Shown here one piece after another: positions 38,317-47,769 of a stretch of 64,000 nucleotides of DNA. The translations under genes were made by a program, and so were the position numbers. The notes beneath the pieces are model-generated. The model ran no database searches, was not told the origin of the DNA, and was given only the letters and a program-made list of their open reading frames with translations. Source of the DNA: Polyangia bacterium (GTDB lineage Bacteria; Myxococcota_A; Polyangia; Fen-1088); assembly GCA_035549075.1 (NCBI GenBank), contig DASZRT010000032.1, positions 48,488 to 112,487 of the forward strand. The letters run 5' to 3'. Position 1 is the stretch's first letter. Every line of letters starts with the position of its first letter.

Positions 38317-39681
38317 ATGTTTCGCAAGCGCGACGTCGCCATCCACTTCGTCGGCATCGGCGGCATCGGCATGTCGGGCATCGCCGAGGTGTTGCTCGAC
38401 CTCGGGTATCCGGTGTCGGGCTCCGACGTGAAGGAGAGCGACGTCACGCGGCGGCTCACGTCGCTGGGCGCGCGCGTCACCGTCGGCCACCGCGCCGAGA
38501 ACGTCGCCGCCGCCGACGTCGTCGTCGTGTCGAGCGCCGTCAAGGCCGACAACCCCGAGGTCGCGGCGGCGCGCGCGCGCGACGTGCCCGTGATCCCGCG
38601 CGCCGAGATGCTGGGCGAGCTCATGCGCGTCAAGGACGGCGTCGCCGTCGCGGGCAGCCACGGCAAGACGACGACGACGACGATGATCGCGACCATCCTC
38701 GCGCGCGCCGGGCTCGATCCCACCGTCGTCATCGGCGGCAAGGCGCGCGCCTTCGGCTCGAACGCGCGCCTCGGCGGCGGCGAGCTGCTCGTCGCCGAGG
38801 CTGACGAGAGCGACGGCTCGTTTCGCCACCTGTTGCCGATGGTCGCGGTGGTCACCAACATCGATCGCGAGCACATGGACCACTTCGGGACGGAGGCGGC
38901 GCTCGAGGCGGCCTTCCTCGACTTCGCCGATCGCGTACCGTTTTACGGGCTCGTCGTCGTGGGCGCCGACAGCCCGCTCGCCGCGCGGCTGCCGCCGAAG
39001 CTCACGAAGCGCCACGTCACCTACGGCCTGCGCGCCGGCGACTACCGCGGCGAGATCGTCGACGCGCGCCCCGACGGCACGCGCTTCCGCATCCGCGTGC
39101 GCGGCGCCGAGCGCGGCGAGGCGCGCATTCGCATGCCCGGCGTGCACTACGCCGAAAACGCGCTCGCGGCGTTGTGCGTGGCGGACTTCCTCGGCGTTTC
39201 GTTCGCCGACACGTGCGGCGCGCTCGAGGCGTTCGAGGGCGTCGACCGGCGCTTCAGCGTGCGCGGCGAGGCGGGCGGCGTGCTCGTCGTCGACGACTAC
39301 GGCCACCACCCCACGGAGCTCGCGGCGACGATCGCGGCGGCGCGGCTGCACGGCCGGCGGTTGGTCGTCGCGTTTCAGCCGCACCGCTACTCGCGCACGA
39401 AGGACCTGATGGACGCGTTCGCGCCCGCGCTCGCCGGCGCCGACGAACTCGTGCTCACCGACATCTACGCCGCGGGCGAGGCGCCGCTCGCCGGGGTGAA
39501 CATCGAGGCGATGTTGGCGACGTTCCCGCGGGTCGGCGGGCGGAAGGTGTCGTACGCCCCGCGCGGCGAGCTGGTCGCGGCGTTGGTCGCCGCGGCGCGA
39601 CCGGGGGACCTGATCCTTTGTTTGGGCGCGGGCGACATCACGAATGCCGCGGCGGACGTGCTGGGGCGGCTGGGCAGATAG
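38317..39681 (+). CDS. murC: UDP-N-acetylmuramate--L-alanine ligase
   Basis: FVGIGGIGMSGIAE N-terminus. P-loop VAGSHGKTTTTTMIA. Confidence 0.9.
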   Translation: MFRKRDVAIHFVGIGGIGMSGIAEVLLDLGYPVSGSDVKESDVTRRLTSLGARVTVGHRAENVAAADVVVVSSAVKADNPEVAAARARDVPVIPRAEMLGELMRVKDGVAVAGSHGKTTTTTMIATILARAGLDPTVVIGGKARAFGSNARLGGGELLVAEADESDGSFRHLLPMVAVVTNIDREHMDHFGTEAALEAAFLDFADRVPFYGLVVVGADSPLAARLPPKLTKRHVTYGLRAGDYRGEIVDARPDGTRFRIRVRGAERGEARIRMPGVHYAENALAALCVADFLGVSFADTCGALEAFEGVDRRFSVRGEAGGVLVVDDYGHHPTELAATIAAARLHGRRLVVAFQPHRYSRTKDLMDAFAPALAGADELVLTDIYAAGEAPLAGVNIEAMLATFPRVGGRKVSYAPRGELVAALVAAARPGDLILCLGAGDITNAAADVLGRLGR

Positions 39682-39733
39682 TCCGTCTGTCGTTTTCTGG
39701 ACAGACGCCCGCGCTCGTCGTTCGATCGTGGGA

Positions 39734-40666
39734 ATGGGCGAGCCGCTGCCTCAACGCACGCGTGTGACCGCGGTCGAGGTGCCGCGGCGCGGGTTGTTGC
39801 GCCGGCGGTCGAACCGGCGCGTGCTCGTCGTGAAGCGCTCGCCGCTCGTGTGGTTCGGCGAGGTGGCCAAGGCGGTCGCGTCGCGGCTCGCCGTGCTCGG
39901 CAAGCTCGTCGTCGTGTGCGCGTTGGTCGCGGGCGCGGTCTACGGCGGGCGCGCGCTCGTGCGCCACGTCGTCGCGTCGCCGCGCTTCGACCTGCGCGAG
40001 ATCCGCGCCGACGCGACCCTGCACATCTCGCACGACGACGTCGTCGAGCTGTCGGGCCTCTCGCCGGGCGACCACCTGCTGGCGATCGACACCGACGCCG
40101 TCGCGGCGCGCGTCGCGGCGCACCCGTGGGTCGCGAGCGTGCGCGTGCGGCGCCAGCTGCCGTCGGCGCTCGCGATCGACGTCGTCGAGCGGCGCGCGGC
40201 GGCGACGGCGCTGCTCGGCACGCTGTACCTGCTCGACGAGACGGGCCGCCCGTTCAAGCGCGCGACGCTCGAGGAGGCCGACGGCCTACCCATCGTCACG
40301 GGCCTCTCGCGCGAGCAGTACACGCTGGCGCGCAACGCGAGCGAGGCCGCCTTCCGCGAGGGCCTGAGCCTCCTCGCCGCGTACCGCGCCGTCGATTCTC
40401 TGTCCGCCGCGCACGGTCCGTCGAGCCGCCCCGCGCTCTCGGAGATTCACATCGATCCGCGCGCGGGCTTCTCGCTCGTGTTCTACGACGGCGGCGGCGA
40501 AGTCTTGCTCGGCCGCGGCGATTGGGCCGGCAAGCTCGCGCGCCTCGACGAGATCCTGGGCGCGCTCGGCCCGCGCGGCGCGAGCGCGCTGCGGGCCGTG
40601 CACCTCGACGGCCCCACGCACGATCGAGTGACGGTGCGCCTCGCGGCGACGCCCTCACCCGGTTAG
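39734..40666 (+). CDS. ftsQ: cell division protein FtsQ/DivIB
   Basis: Single TM followed by a POTRA domain (FDLREIRADATLHISHDDVVELSGLSPGDHLLAIDTDAVAARVAAHPWVASVRV). Sits immediately after murC. Confidence 0.75.
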   Translation: MGEPLPQRTRVTAVEVPRRGLLRRRSNRRVLVVKRSPLVWFGEVAKAVASRLAVLGKLVVVCALVAGAVYGGRALVRHVVASPRFDLREIRADATLHISHDDVVELSGLSPGDHLLAIDTDAVAARVAAHPWVASVRVRRQLPSALAIDVVERRAAATALLGTLYLLDETGRPFKRATLEEADGLPIVTGLSREQYTLARNASEAAFREGLSLLAAYRAVDSLSAAHGPSSRPALSEIHIDPRAGFSLVFYDGGGEVLLGRGDWAGKLARLDEILGALGPRGASALRAVHLDGPTHDRVTVRLAATPSPG

Positions 40667-42435
40667 TGGTTGCCGCGGAAGACGCGCGCGCCGCTGCCGC
40701 CCACGAGGAAGTCGAGGTCGGCGCCGCGGTCGGCCTGCTGCACGTGATCGAGGTAGAGCTTGAGGTACCCGCGTGGCTCGTGTGGTGCGGGCGGCGTCCA
40801 GCGCGCGCGGCGGCGCGCGAGCTCGTCGTCGGCGACGTCGAGGTGCAACCTGCGCGCTTCGACGTCGAGCTCGATGACGTCGCCCGTCTCGACGAGCGCG
40901 AGCGGCCCGCCCGCCGCTGACTCCGGCGCCACCTGCACGACGACCGTCCCCGCGGCCGTGCCGCTCATGCGCGCGTCGGAGAGGCGCACCATGTCCGTCA
41001 CGCCGCGCGCGAGCAGCTTCTTCGGCAGCGAGAGCAGCCCCACCTCCGGAAAGCCCGGGTAGCCGCGCGGCCCGCAGTTCTTGAGCACCAGCACCGATTC
41101 GGGCCCGACCTCGAGCGCGGGATCGTCGATGCGCCGATCGTAGTCGTCGATGTCGGCGAACACGACGGCGGGCCCGCGGTGCTTCATGAGCGCGGGCGTC
41201 GCCGCCGACGGCTTGATGAGCGCGCCACCCGGCGCGAGGTTGCCCATGAGCACGGCGATCCCGCCGCGCGGCTTGAAGGGCGCGTCGGCCGTGAAGATGA
41301 CGTCGCGGTTCCAGCAGGGCGCGTCGGCGATCTCCTCGCCGAGCGTCCGCCCCGTGACCGTGAGCGCGCCGCCGTGCAGGCGCGGCGCGAGCTCGCGCAG
41401 CAGCGCCGCGAGGCCGCCCGCGTAGAAGAAGTCCTCCATGAGGTGCTTCCCCGAAGGCACGAGGTTCGCGAGGCACGGCACGTCGCGGCCCAGCCGATCC
41501 CAGTCGTCGAGCGACAGCGGCACGCCGAGGCGCCCCGCGATCGCCAGCAGGTGCACGACGGCGTTGGTCGAGCCGCCGAGGCCCGCGTTGGTGACGATCG
41601 CGTTCTCGAACGCCGCGCGCGTCAGGATGTGCGAGAGGCGCACGTCGTCCTTGACGAGCCCGACGATGCGGCGGCCCGCGAGGTGCGCCAGCGTGCTCCG
41701 CCGCGCGTCGGGCGCCGGGATCGCCGCGTTGCCCGGCAGCGCGACGCCCATCGCCTCGCACAGCGCCGCCATGGTCGACGCCGTGCCCATTGTCATGCAC
41801 GAGCCCGCCGAGCGCGCCATGCACGCCTCGGCGTCGCGCGCGTCCGCAAGGGTGATCTCGCCCGTCTTCAGCTGATCGCCCAGCTTCCACAGCATCGTGC
41901 CCGAGCCGACGTCGCGGCCGCGCCACTTGCCGTTGAGCATGGGCCCGCCCGACACGAAGATCGCCGGCAGATCGCAGCTGGCCGCGCCCATGAGCAGCGC
42001 GGGCGTCGTCTTGTCGCAGCCGCCCAGCAAGATGACGCCGTCGATCGGGTTCGCGCGGATCGACTCCTCGACGTCCATGCTCGCGAGGTTGCGGAACAGC
42101 ATCGTCGACGGGCGCATGAGGCTCTCGCCCAGGCTCATCACGGGGAACTCGAGCGGGAAGCCGCCCGCCTCCCACACGCCGCGCTTCACGCGCTCGGCGA
42201 GCGCGCGCAGGTGGCCGTTGCACGGCGTGAGCTCCGACCACGTGTTGCAGATGCCGATGACGGGCCGGCCGTCGAACACGTCGTCGGGCACGCCCTGGTT
42301 CTTCAGCCAGCTGCGGTGAAGGATGCCCTCGCGCCCCGGGGCGTCGAACCACGCCGCGCTCCGCAGCCGGCGCCTGCCGCCCTTTGAGTCGTCCGCCACG
42401 GCGGCAGTGTATCGAAGCCGCCGCGCGGTTGGCAT
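40663..42435 (-). CDS. IlvD/EDD-family dehydratase (sugar-acid dehydratase-like)
   Basis: GGCDKTTPALLMGAASCDLPAIFVSGGPM and SAGSCMTMGTASTM Fe-S cluster motifs. Start taken at the first ATG, MPTARRL; a GTG alternative lies at 42399. Confidence 0.75.
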   Translation of the reverse strand: MPTARRLRYTAAVADDSKGGRRRLRSAAWFDAPGREGILHRSWLKNQGVPDDVFDGRPVIGICNTWSELTPCNGHLRALAERVKRGVWEAGGFPLEFPVMSLGESLMRPSTMLFRNLASMDVEESIRANPIDGVILLGGCDKTTPALLMGAASCDLPAIFVSGGPMLNGKWRGRDVGSGTMLWKLGDQLKTGEITLADARDAEACMARSAGSCMTMGTASTMAALCEAMGVALPGNAAIPAPDARRSTLAHLAGRRIVGLVKDDVRLSHILTRAAFENAIVTNAGLGGSTNAVVHLLAIAGRLGVPLSLDDWDRLGRDVPCLANLVPSGKHLMEDFFYAGGLAALLRELAPRLHGGALTVTGRTLGEEIADAPCWNRDVIFTADAPFKPRGGIAVLMGNLAPGGALIKPSAATPALMKHRGPAVVFADIDDYDRRIDDPALEVGPESVLVLKNCGPRGYPGFPEVGLLSLPKKLLARGVTDMVRLSDARMSGTAAGTVVVQVAPESAAGGPLALVETGDVIELDVEARRLHLDVADDELARRRARWTPPAPHEPRGYLKLYLDHVQQADRGADLDFLVGGSGARVFRGNH

Positions 42436-42465
42436 CGGCGTTGCTGGTTCGACGCCCCGCGCACC

Positions 42466-43074
42466 ATGGACCTCCCTCCTTCCCCGTTCGGCGGCCCCGT
42501 TCCCGTGGTTCGGCCGCTCGACCCTGATCGCAATGTCCCGATCGCGTCGCGCGCGCCAACCCGCATCGTCCGCGAGCCCGACGTCCTCGCGCGCGTGACG
42601 CTCGCTTTCTTCACCGTCGCCGTCGCCGCGTGGATCGTCCTCTCGTGGACGGGCTACCGCGGCGACTACGTCGGCGCGCAGCAGGCGTGGCACCGCGGCG
42701 CGCACAACCTCGTCGAGATCACGCTCGTGCGCGAGGACGAGACGAAGCTCGCCTGCGCGTCCGGCGTGTCGCTGGGCGCGCTCGCCTGCGCGTTCGACGG
42801 CGACCGCCACCCCCGCGCCGTCGCGCCGCCCGACCCGGACTTGCTGCGGCCGTACTCGACGACGGGCGGCGACGTGATCGTGGGGGCGGGCTTGTGGAGT
42901 GCGGCGACGTTGCGGCGCCCGCTGCCGGCCGAGCGCTTCACCGTCGTGTGCGACTTCGAGGTCGTCGACCTCGTGCGCTCGCTGTCCCTTCGTTGGGCGC
43001 CGGACGCGGCGTTCGACGCCGCGACGAAGAGCCTGCCCGTGGGACGCCTCACCGGCTGCACGGTCCCGCCGTGA
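42466..43074 (+). CDS. hypothetical membrane-anchored protein
   Basis: 202 aa, high GC3, one TM (LAFFTVAVAAWIVLSW). Its stop overlaps the start of the downstream GT-C gene (GTGA). Confidence 0.55.
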   Translation: MDLPPSPFGGPVPVVRPLDPDRNVPIASRAPTRIVREPDVLARVTLAFFTVAVAAWIVLSWTGYRGDYVGAQQAWHRGAHNLVEITLVREDETKLACASGVSLGALACAFDGDRHPRAVAPPDPDLLRPYSTTGGDVIVGAGLWSAATLRRPLPAERFTVVCDFEVVDLVRSLSLRWAPDAAFDAATKSLPVGRLTGCTVPP

Positions 43075-44330
43075 GCGAGTCGTGGCGGCGGCTCTCGCGC
43101 GCCGAGCGCGTCACGACGATCGCGCTCGTCGTCATGATCGCGGGCGGCGTCGCGCTGCGGCTGTGGAACGTGGGCTTTCCCACGAAGATGCAGTTCGACG
43201 AAGACCACTTCGTCTTGAACGCGCGCGCCTACCTCACGCACGGAGACGACGGCAACAACCACCCGCCCCTAGGCAAGCTGGCGATCGCCGTCGGCATGCT
43301 CGCGTTCGGCGACGACTCGCTCGGGTGGCGCGCCGCCTCGGTCGCGTGGGGCTTGCAGACGATCATCCTCGCGGCGGCGCTCGCGCGCGAGCTGTTCGAC
43401 GATCGGCGCGCCGGCCTCTTCGCCGCGGCGTTCGTCGCCGCCGACGGGTTCTTCATCGCGTACTCGCGCTCGGCCGTGCTCGACGGCGGGCTCGCGTGCC
43501 TCGTGCTGTGGAGCGTGCTCGCGGCGGCGTGCGCGCGCTCGTGGCGCGGCGTGCTCGCGAGCGCCGTGCTCGTCGGGCTCGCAGCCTCGGTGAAATGGAG
43601 CGGCGGCTTCGCCGTCGTGCCCGCGGCCGTCGCCTTGGTGTGGCGGCGCCGCGTGCCGAAGCGCGCGCTGCTGCTCTTCGGCCTGGCGCCGATCGTCCAC
43701 CTCGGGCTGTGGACGGCGGCGCTGCGCCTCACGGGCCACGCGGCCGATCCGGCGGCGCTGCTCGCGGTCATGCGCCGCGCGCTGCAGAGCCACGTCGACA
43801 ACGGGCACCTCTCGCACGGCGTCGCCTCGCGCTGGTGGAGCTGGCCCATCTTCTGGCGGCCCATCGTCATCAAGGACGCCACGCACGGCGTCTGGCACCA
43901 CTACGCGTCGTGCGTCGGGAACCCGCTGCTGTTCTTGGGCGCGGCGCTCACGTGTGCCGGTGTCATCGGTGCCGCGATCGTTTCTCTGCGCTCACAGCTG
44001 GCGCGGGCGTTTCTCTGCGCCTTCGACGGCGGCTCGGGCTTCGTGCGGGCGTGCGGCGTGCTCGTCGTCGGCTGGCTCGCGCTCATCGCGCCGTGGACGG
44101 GGCCGCGCTCGTACACGTTCATCTATCACTACCTGCCGTCGTACGGCTTCGCGCTCGTGCTGCTCGCGGGCGTCGTCGCGCGCCTCGAGCGCCGCTGGCC
44201 CGCGCGCGTCGCGTACTTCGCGTGCAGCGTGCTGGTCGTGGCCGCGTTCTACGCGCCCGTGTGGGCCGAGCTGCCGATCTCGGCCGAGGCCGCCGTTTGG
44301 CGCCTGCCGTTTCCGCTATGGCGGCCTTAG
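43071..44330 (+). CDS. GT-C glycosyltransferase, PMT/GT39-like (polyprenol-phosphate-sugar dependent)
   Basis: FDEDHFVLNARAYLTHGDDGNNHPPLGKL matches the PMT-family loop-1 DE motif. At least 10 predicted TM segments. Confidence 0.65.
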   Translation: MSESWRRLSRAERVTTIALVVMIAGGVALRLWNVGFPTKMQFDEDHFVLNARAYLTHGDDGNNHPPLGKLAIAVGMLAFGDDSLGWRAASVAWGLQTIILAAALARELFDDRRAGLFAAAFVAADGFFIAYSRSAVLDGGLACLVLWSVLAAACARSWRGVLASAVLVGLAASVKWSGGFAVVPAAVALVWRRRVPKRALLLFGLAPIVHLGLWTAALRLTGHAADPAALLAVMRRALQSHVDNGHLSHGVASRWWSWPIFWRPIVIKDATHGVWHHYASCVGNPLLFLGAALTCAGVIGAAIVSLRSQLARAFLCAFDGGSGFVRACGVLVVGWLALIAPWTGPRSYTFIYHYLPSYGFALVLLAGVVARLERRWPARVAYFACSVLVVAAFYAPVWAELPISAEAAVWRLPFPLWRP

Positions 44331-45349
44331 GGCGCGGTCGCGCCGCAGCCGATGCGCGCGTGGCTCACGCGGACATCATCAATCCAGACGTCGGCGAGCG
44401 TGGGCGTCGGGTGGTACTGCAGGACGCCGATCGACACGAGCGAGAACGTCGGTGGCTTGCGATCGGAGAAGTCGCTCTTCTGTTCGGGAAGCTCGACGCC
44501 GTCGACCCAGACGCGCCGGTGCGTCGTCGTCGCGTCGCCGCCCTGCATGAGCTCGAGGCACGTCCACGTCTTCGGCACGACGCGCGTGTCGGAGCGCGGC
44601 CCGAACTCCGTGAACGTCGGGCCGTGCGCGTGCACGTCGGGCCCGTCGCCGTAGTACTCCGAGTACCCGAGCCATTGCTTGTCGCCCGCCGAGCCGAGCC
44701 CCGCCTCGACGAAGCCGAGATCGTTGTTCCCCGTCGCGAGCAGGTAGGCCATGTGAAAGCCGCCCATCTGATCGGCGGGAAGATCGGGATCGAAGTAGAT
44801 CCACGCCCGCGTGTAGAAGGTGTTGTCCTTCGCCGGGAAGGTGACGGCGTCGGTGATCTGCGCCGTTTGCTGGCCGCCCGCTTTCAGCTTCACGTGCAGC
44901 GCGAACGCCGAGCCGTTCCGCGTGTGCGCGCCGTCGACGACGATCGACGCGCCGCCGCTCGCGTGCTGCCCCCAGATTTTCGGATCGAGCGCGCCGCTCT
45001 CGAAGTCTTCGCACAGCTCCGTGCCCGAGGTCGTGCAGGTGGACGCTGGGGAGTCGTGCGCGACGTCGGCGACGGCGTCCGGTGCGCTCGCGTCGTGGGC
45101 GCCGCCGCTGCCGCCCGTCGCCGTCGCACCGCCGTTCGCGTCCGGCGACGCGCCGCCCGTCGCGGCGTCGAGCACCTCGCCGCCCGTGCCGCCCGTCTGG
45201 CCGCCCGTCGCGACGACGCCGCCCGCGCCGACGACGCCACCGGTCGGCGTCGCGCCGCCGGTGCCGCCGATTTTCTCCCCGCCCGCGCAAGCCGCGCCCG
45301 CGAGGAGCGCCCCCGCGAGCATCACCGCCGAGAGCTTCGCCATGGCCAT
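44327..45349 (-). CDS. secreted lipoprotein with Gly/Thr-rich linker and C-terminal beta-rich domain of unknown function
   Basis: Start at MAMAKLSAVMLAGALLAGAAC (lipobox). The linker GGTGGATPTGGVVGAGG... is at 45064..45277. Confidence 0.6.
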   Translation of the reverse strand: MAMAKLSAVMLAGALLAGAACAGGEKIGGTGGATPTGGVVGAGGVVATGGQTGGTGGEVLDAATGGASPDANGGATATGGSGGAHDASAPDAVADVAHDSPASTCTTSGTELCEDFESGALDPKIWGQHASGGASIVVDGAHTRNGSAFALHVKLKAGGQQTAQITDAVTFPAKDNTFYTRAWIYFDPDLPADQMGGFHMAYLLATGNNDLGFVEAGLGSAGDKQWLGYSEYYGDGPDVHAHGPTFTEFGPRSDTRVVPKTWTCLELMQGGDATTTHRRVWVDGVELPEQKSDFSDRKPPTFSLVSIGVLQYHPTPTLADVWIDDVRVSHARIGCGATAP

Positions 45350-45443
45350 CTCCGTAGAGACGTCGGCTCGTGTCTCGACAGGCACGTTTCTTCGACCCAC
45401 CGACGCAACTCGACGCGCCGGTGGTAGATAAGTCGCGGCGGCG

Positions 45444-46490
45444 ATGGCGATCCGGGCGAACAGTGGGCAAAGGCGGTCGAGCGTCTTGGTGACGATCGTG
45501 GTTTTTCTGGCGAGCGCTTCGGCGTGCGTCGTCCCTCGCGACACGCCGCTCGATTCGTCGGCCGACGCACCAACCGAGGTCGCGCTCGAAGGGCCGCAAG
45601 CATTCGACGCCCCTGATTCGAGCGCCGCCGACGCACCAGCGACGGATCGCGAGACAACCGACGCTCCATCGACATCGACCGGCGATGCGGCGATCGACAT
45701 TTCCGACGTGCCTGTCGACGCCACCGTCGACACGGCCATGGACGCACCAGCTTGCCAAGGCGGCTATCGGACGTGCCCGGGCTCGACCGCCTGCATTCGA
45801 ACCGCCCCCGCCGCGTGCTGTGCCGACAAAGAGTGCCCCTCCGCGAAGCCTTCCTGCGTCGACAACGTCTGCAAGGCGCGCGCGCTCAACGACTCATGCT
45901 CGGCCGACACCGAGTGCGGCAGCGGCCACTGCGCCCCGACCGCATCCGGCGCGACGACGAAGGTCTGCTGCAGCACCGCCTGCGACGGCCCCTGCAACGC
46001 CAGCTGCGCCGGCGGCACCTGCGAGCACAAACCGTTCAGGACGTCCTGCGGCGAGATCGACAACAACGATTATGCTCCGCGGTTCTACCTGTGTGACGGC
46101 AATGGAAATTGCAATCCACCGGTATTCCCATGTGGAACGGGAAGTTCGTGCGCCGCGAAGAGCGACGTCGCTTGCTGCGGCGACCCCAACAACAATCTTC
46201 GACCCGCCTGCTTGCCGCCGGCGACCTGTGCGCAGGGAGCGGGCAACTTTGCCCAGAATTGCCGAGCGACGATAGATTGTCCGGTGGGCAACTTCTGTTG
46301 CGTCATCCAAAACCTGGACGTGCAGCTCACTGCGTGTTCAGCAAATTGCCAGACTTACGCACCCGCAGAGTGGGATTCAACGGCCTACGCCCACGGCCAG
46401 TCCTGTGACTATTTGAGGGATTCGAGTTGTCCCGCAGGGCAGCACTGCGGCGTCGCGAACGACTACACGGGGATCAGCTTGTGTGAGTAG
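45444..46490 (+). CDS. cysteine-rich secreted lipoprotein
   Basis: Signal/lipobox (VFLASASAC). More than 40 Cys in repeated C-x-x-x-C / CC patterns. Confidence 0.6.
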   Translation: MAIRANSGQRRSSVLVTIVVFLASASACVVPRDTPLDSSADAPTEVALEGPQAFDAPDSSAADAPATDRETTDAPSTSTGDAAIDISDVPVDATVDTAMDAPACQGGYRTCPGSTACIRTAPAACCADKECPSAKPSCVDNVCKARALNDSCSADTECGSGHCAPTASGATTKVCCSTACDGPCNASCAGGTCEHKPFRTSCGEIDNNDYAPRFYLCDGNGNCNPPVFPCGTGSSCAAKSDVACCGDPNNNLRPACLPPATCAQGAGNFAQNCRATIDCPVGNFCCVIQNLDVQLTACSANCQTYAPAEWDSTAYAHGQSCDYLRDSSCPAGQHCGVANDYTGISLCE

Positions 46491-47703
46491 AGCGTTGACC
46501 ACGTAGGACGCGCCGCTTCGCGCGGCGCGCACGAAGTGCGAGCGCGATCAATGAGGCAGCGGAGAACCACAGCGGTCGCTCCGGTCCACTTGAGCCGCTA
46601 ATCGCACAACCAGAACCTCCGCCGCTCCTCGTGCCCGATGAGCCGCCGCCGCCTGCCGCGCCACCTGCGGCCGTCGCACCGCCCTCGCCGACTGAGCTGC
46701 CCGCGGAACCACCGGTGCTTCCGGTCGCGCCGCCTGAGCTGCCCGTCGAACCAGCGGCGCTCCCCGTCGTGCCGCCTGTCGTCGTCGACCCACCGTCGCC
46801 CGTCGTGCCACCGCTCGCGGCTGCGCCACCAGCGCCTGTGCTGCCGCCGTTTCCCGCGGTGCCGCCGCCGTCGCTGCCGCCAGTTGCGCCTCCATCGGGA
46901 GTGCCGTCCGTCGGTGCGCCGATTTTGATGTCGGATTGCGCATCGGCCTCGATGAAGTCGTCGAAGTAAATCGTCTCGGTGTACGGCTGCGTGAGGACGC
47001 GGTGGAGGCCGGTTAGAAAGTAGAGGTCGTTGGCGTTCGGCTTGGTCTTGTGCTTGTACCCCGTGACGACTTGTTGACCGTCGAGCCAGAAGTCGACGAG
47101 GCCCTTTGTCGCGTCCTGTGACCAGTGGAAGTGAATCGCGATCTGGTGCCAGTGGCCGGGCGTGAAGTCGCCGGACCAGATGTGAACAGAGCCGAGATTC
47201 GCGCCGTTCGACTCGATGCCGAGGTTGATCGTCGTGCCGCCGCCCGTCTTCGGCTCGAACCAGATGTCGAACCAGTTCAGGCTGTTCGTGGTCTCGAACA
47301 TGCCGAATTCGTCGCGCGTCTGCGCATCGGCGGCGAGGTAGTAGTGGCCGGACAAGTACATGTCCTTTCCTTCGCCGGTGAGCGTGCTGTTGTGGCGGAC
47401 GTCGATGCGATCCTGGTAGTACTGACCGTAAATATCGTCTGGGTGAACCGTGAGCTTGCACGCCAGGTTGCCGGAGTAGACCCGCTCGCCGAGGACCTCG
47501 GCTTCGAGGCGTCCGTTAAACTCGACCATGGAGCCGACGTTGAACTCGACACCCGGGGCGCCGCTTCCACAAGGGTCGCCGCTCTTGTTCTTCTCGAAGC
47601 CTGCCGTCCACACGACGGTCGCGTGTGCGGATCTCGCGGCTCCTACGGCGAGCACGGACGTGGCGAGGGCGAGGGCCAGGCGGGGGCGCGCGGTGGTCTT
47701 CAT
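46474..47703 (-). CDS. secreted protein with jelly-roll-like domain, Gly/Ser/Thr linker and MYXO-CTERM-like sorting tail
   Basis: Signal peptide at MKTTARPRLALALATSVLAVGAARSAHA. The linker is at 46593..46911. The C-terminus reads GC-AISGSSGPERPLWFSAASLIALALRARRAKRR (Cys, then a hydrophobic stretch, then basic residues). Confidence 0.6.
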   Translation of the reverse strand: MKTTARPRLALALATSVLAVGAARSAHATVVWTAGFEKNKSGDPCGSGAPGVEFNVGSMVEFNGRLEAEVLGERVYSGNLACKLTVHPDDIYGQYYQDRIDVRHNSTLTGEGKDMYLSGHYYLAADAQTRDEFGMFETTNSLNWFDIWFEPKTGGGTTINLGIESNGANLGSVHIWSGDFTPGHWHQIAIHFHWSQDATKGLVDFWLDGQQVVTGYKHKTKPNANDLYFLTGLHRVLTQPYTETIYFDDFIEADAQSDIKIGAPTDGTPDGGATGGSDGGGTAGNGGSTGAGGAAASGGTTGDGGSTTTGGTTGSAAGSTGSSGGATGSTGGSAGSSVGEGGATAAGGAAGGGGSSGTRSGGGSGCAISGSSGPERPLWFSAASLIALALRARRAKRRVLRGQRSTHTS

Positions 47704-47769
47704 GGTGCTCCCGGATGCGGGTGAGGGCACAAACGGCTCAGGCGCCTAGCGGCGCGACGTCCGATCATT

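Noticed and set aside
42899-45427. 842-aa plus-strand ORF
   Set aside because: It is out of frame relative to the GT-C gene and antisense to the lipoprotein gene; Arg-rich junk translation.
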